Shown here: one piece after another, positions 53,714-54,407 of the stretch
How positions within the stretch are numbered: position 1 is the stretch's first letter
How the letters are laid out: each line of letters opens with the position of its first letter
Assembly: GCA_035687045.1 (NCBI GenBank)
Contig: DASRYU010000177.1
Location: forward strand, 1-54,407
DNA: 54,407 nt
From: Thermoplasmatota archaeon
GTDB taxonomy: Archaea; Thermoplasmatota; SW-10-69-26; JACQPN01; JAJPHT01
Direction of reading: 5' to 3'
The notes under the pieces: model-generated
Databases searched by the model: none
Told to the model about the DNA's origin: nothing
The model's input: only the letters and a program-made list of their open reading frames with translations
Translations under genes and position numbers: made by a program

Positions 53714-53721
53714 TATATATA
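53714..53721 (-). promoter_or_regulatory. TATA box (TATATATA) upstream of the M14 carboxypeptidase gene
   Basis: This is the most AT-rich octamer in the window. It lies about 37 nt upstream of the GTG start at 53680, within a 170-nt divergent spacer. Confidence 0.45.
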
Positions 53722-53749
53722 GGATTTGTTGCGGCCGGCGCGTGCGGGC

Positions 53750-53848
53750 GCGCGTTCAGACGCATTTTCGAAACTGCGAACGAACGAACGCGCGCGCGTT
53801 CGAGCGGGTGAGCGAAAGCCCATACGCGCGCTCGGGCGTGCGCGCCCT
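53750..53848. repeat. Lower-GC element with a TTTTCGAAA palindrome and GTTCGAGCG units (copy B)
   Basis: The sequence is gcgcGTTCAGACgcATTTTCGAAActgCGAACGAACGaacgcgcgcgcGTTCGAGCGggtgagcg...gcGCTCGGGCGtgcgcgc. It resembles 42863-42952 in motif content and order. Confidence 0.5.
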
Positions 53849-53850
53849 CG

Positions 53851-54192
53851 ATGGCGGACGTCGTCCTCGCCCTCGGGTTCGACCTCTTCTTCAAGCCCAA
53901 GCTCTCCGCCGCCGCCGCGCAGGCGGGCGTGGAGCTGCGGTACGCGCCGCCGGCGGAGGCGTCGCGCGCGGCGGCGGGCGCGGCGCGGGTCGTGGCGGAC
54001 GTGAGCGCGCCGGGGGTGGAGGAGGCGCTCGCGGCGCTGCGGAAGGAGCGGCCCGACGTGCCGATCCTGGCGTGCTATCCGCACGTGGAGGTGCGGCGGG
54101 CGGAGGCCGTGCGGGCGCTGGGCGGCGTGGCGGTCACGCGCGGGCACTTCGCGCAGCATCTGGTGGAGGCGCTCGCGGGGACGCTCGCGTGA
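53851..54192 (+). CDS. Receiver-like (CheY-fold) protein with a degenerate acidic pocket, hypothetical
   Basis: ORF 53851..54192. VVLALGFD.., ..RVVADVSAPGVEEALAALRK..VPILACYPH follows the beta-alpha pattern of REC domains. The DD pair and the conserved Lys are not evident. Confidence 0.45.
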   Translation: MADVVLALGFDLFFKPKLSAAAAQAGVELRYAPPAEASRAAAGAARVVADVSAPGVEEALAALRKERPDVPILACYPHVEVRRAEAVRALGGVAVTRGHFAQHLVEALAGTLA

Positions 54193-54407
54193 ACCCGGCG
54201 GATTCGCTTCTCGCCGTGGCGCTCGTGGCGCTGTGCGCGCACGTCGGCATCCTGTTCGTGGCGCTCGCGCGCGGCCTGATGCCGCAGCGGCGCCACCCGG
54301 ACAGGCTCGTCGCGCTCCTCGCGGGCGCGGCGGCGCTCGCGGGGGAGCTTCTGGCGCTGGGCGCGCTTCTCGGGCGCCCGTCGCCGCTCGCGTGGGTGGT
54401 GGGGCTA
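54189..54407 (+). CDS. Membrane protein, 3'-truncated by the window end
   Basis: GTG 54189 lies in a GTGA overlap with the upstream stop codon. The frame stays open to the window end and encodes hydrophobic segments (LLAVALVALCAHVGILFVALA, LVALLAGAAALAGELLALGALL). It is not in the ORF track because no stop codon is reached. Confidence 0.4.
   Translation, partial: MNPADSLLAVALVALCAHVGILFVALARGLMPQRRHPDRLVALLAGAAALAGELLALGALLGRPSPLAWVVGL

Overview
This is a 54.4-kb, very GC-rich (about 70% by eye) and densely packed chromosomal segment that looks archaeal. The archaeal markers are glycerol-1-phosphate dehydrogenase (egsA), UPF0179, a DUF63-like membrane protein, Sec11/SipW-type (S26B) signal peptidases and pyrB-pyrI. 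AT-rich TATA-like boxes also sit about 27 nt upstream of many start codons, which suggests leaderless transcripts.

I support about 58 CDS. I found no rRNA, tRNA, CRISPR array, transposase or integrase.

Housekeeping blocks:
- proA-proB
- pyrB-pyrI
- a complete, translationally coupled hisG-D-C-H-A-B-F-IE operon
- methylmalonyl-CoA mutase large subunit
- a family III CoA-transferase
- a SerA-like dehydrogenase
- an M20 peptidase
- a GT4 glycosyltransferase
- a cytoplasmic GAF-PAS histidine kinase coupled to an HD hydrolase

An unusually large share of the window encodes exported or surface proteins. These include an S8 protease, an M14 carboxypeptidase, an S15-like hydrolase, an FG-GAP propeller, a cupredoxin and four lipobox lipoproteins. 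Several carry a common C-terminal hydrophobic-plus-RRRR tail.

Most interesting candidates:
1. A minus-strand block (5675-11745) holds two SipW-type signal peptidases, one fused to an FN3 domain. They lie next to three translationally coupled secreted beta-sandwich proteins: two paralogues plus one membrane-anchored protein. This may be a TasA/WxL-like surface-fibre module.
2. A five-gene MoxR-DUF58-DUF4129 membrane operon.
3. A lipoprotein made of three tandem His/Cys-rich domains, next to a blue-copper protein.
4. Small repeat families: a 19-nt motif in three copies, and two copies of a TTCGAA-centred element.
5. An exact in-frame 87-bp duplication at the left edge.

All family calls come from motif recognition by eye. 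Start codons are estimates and no database search was possible.
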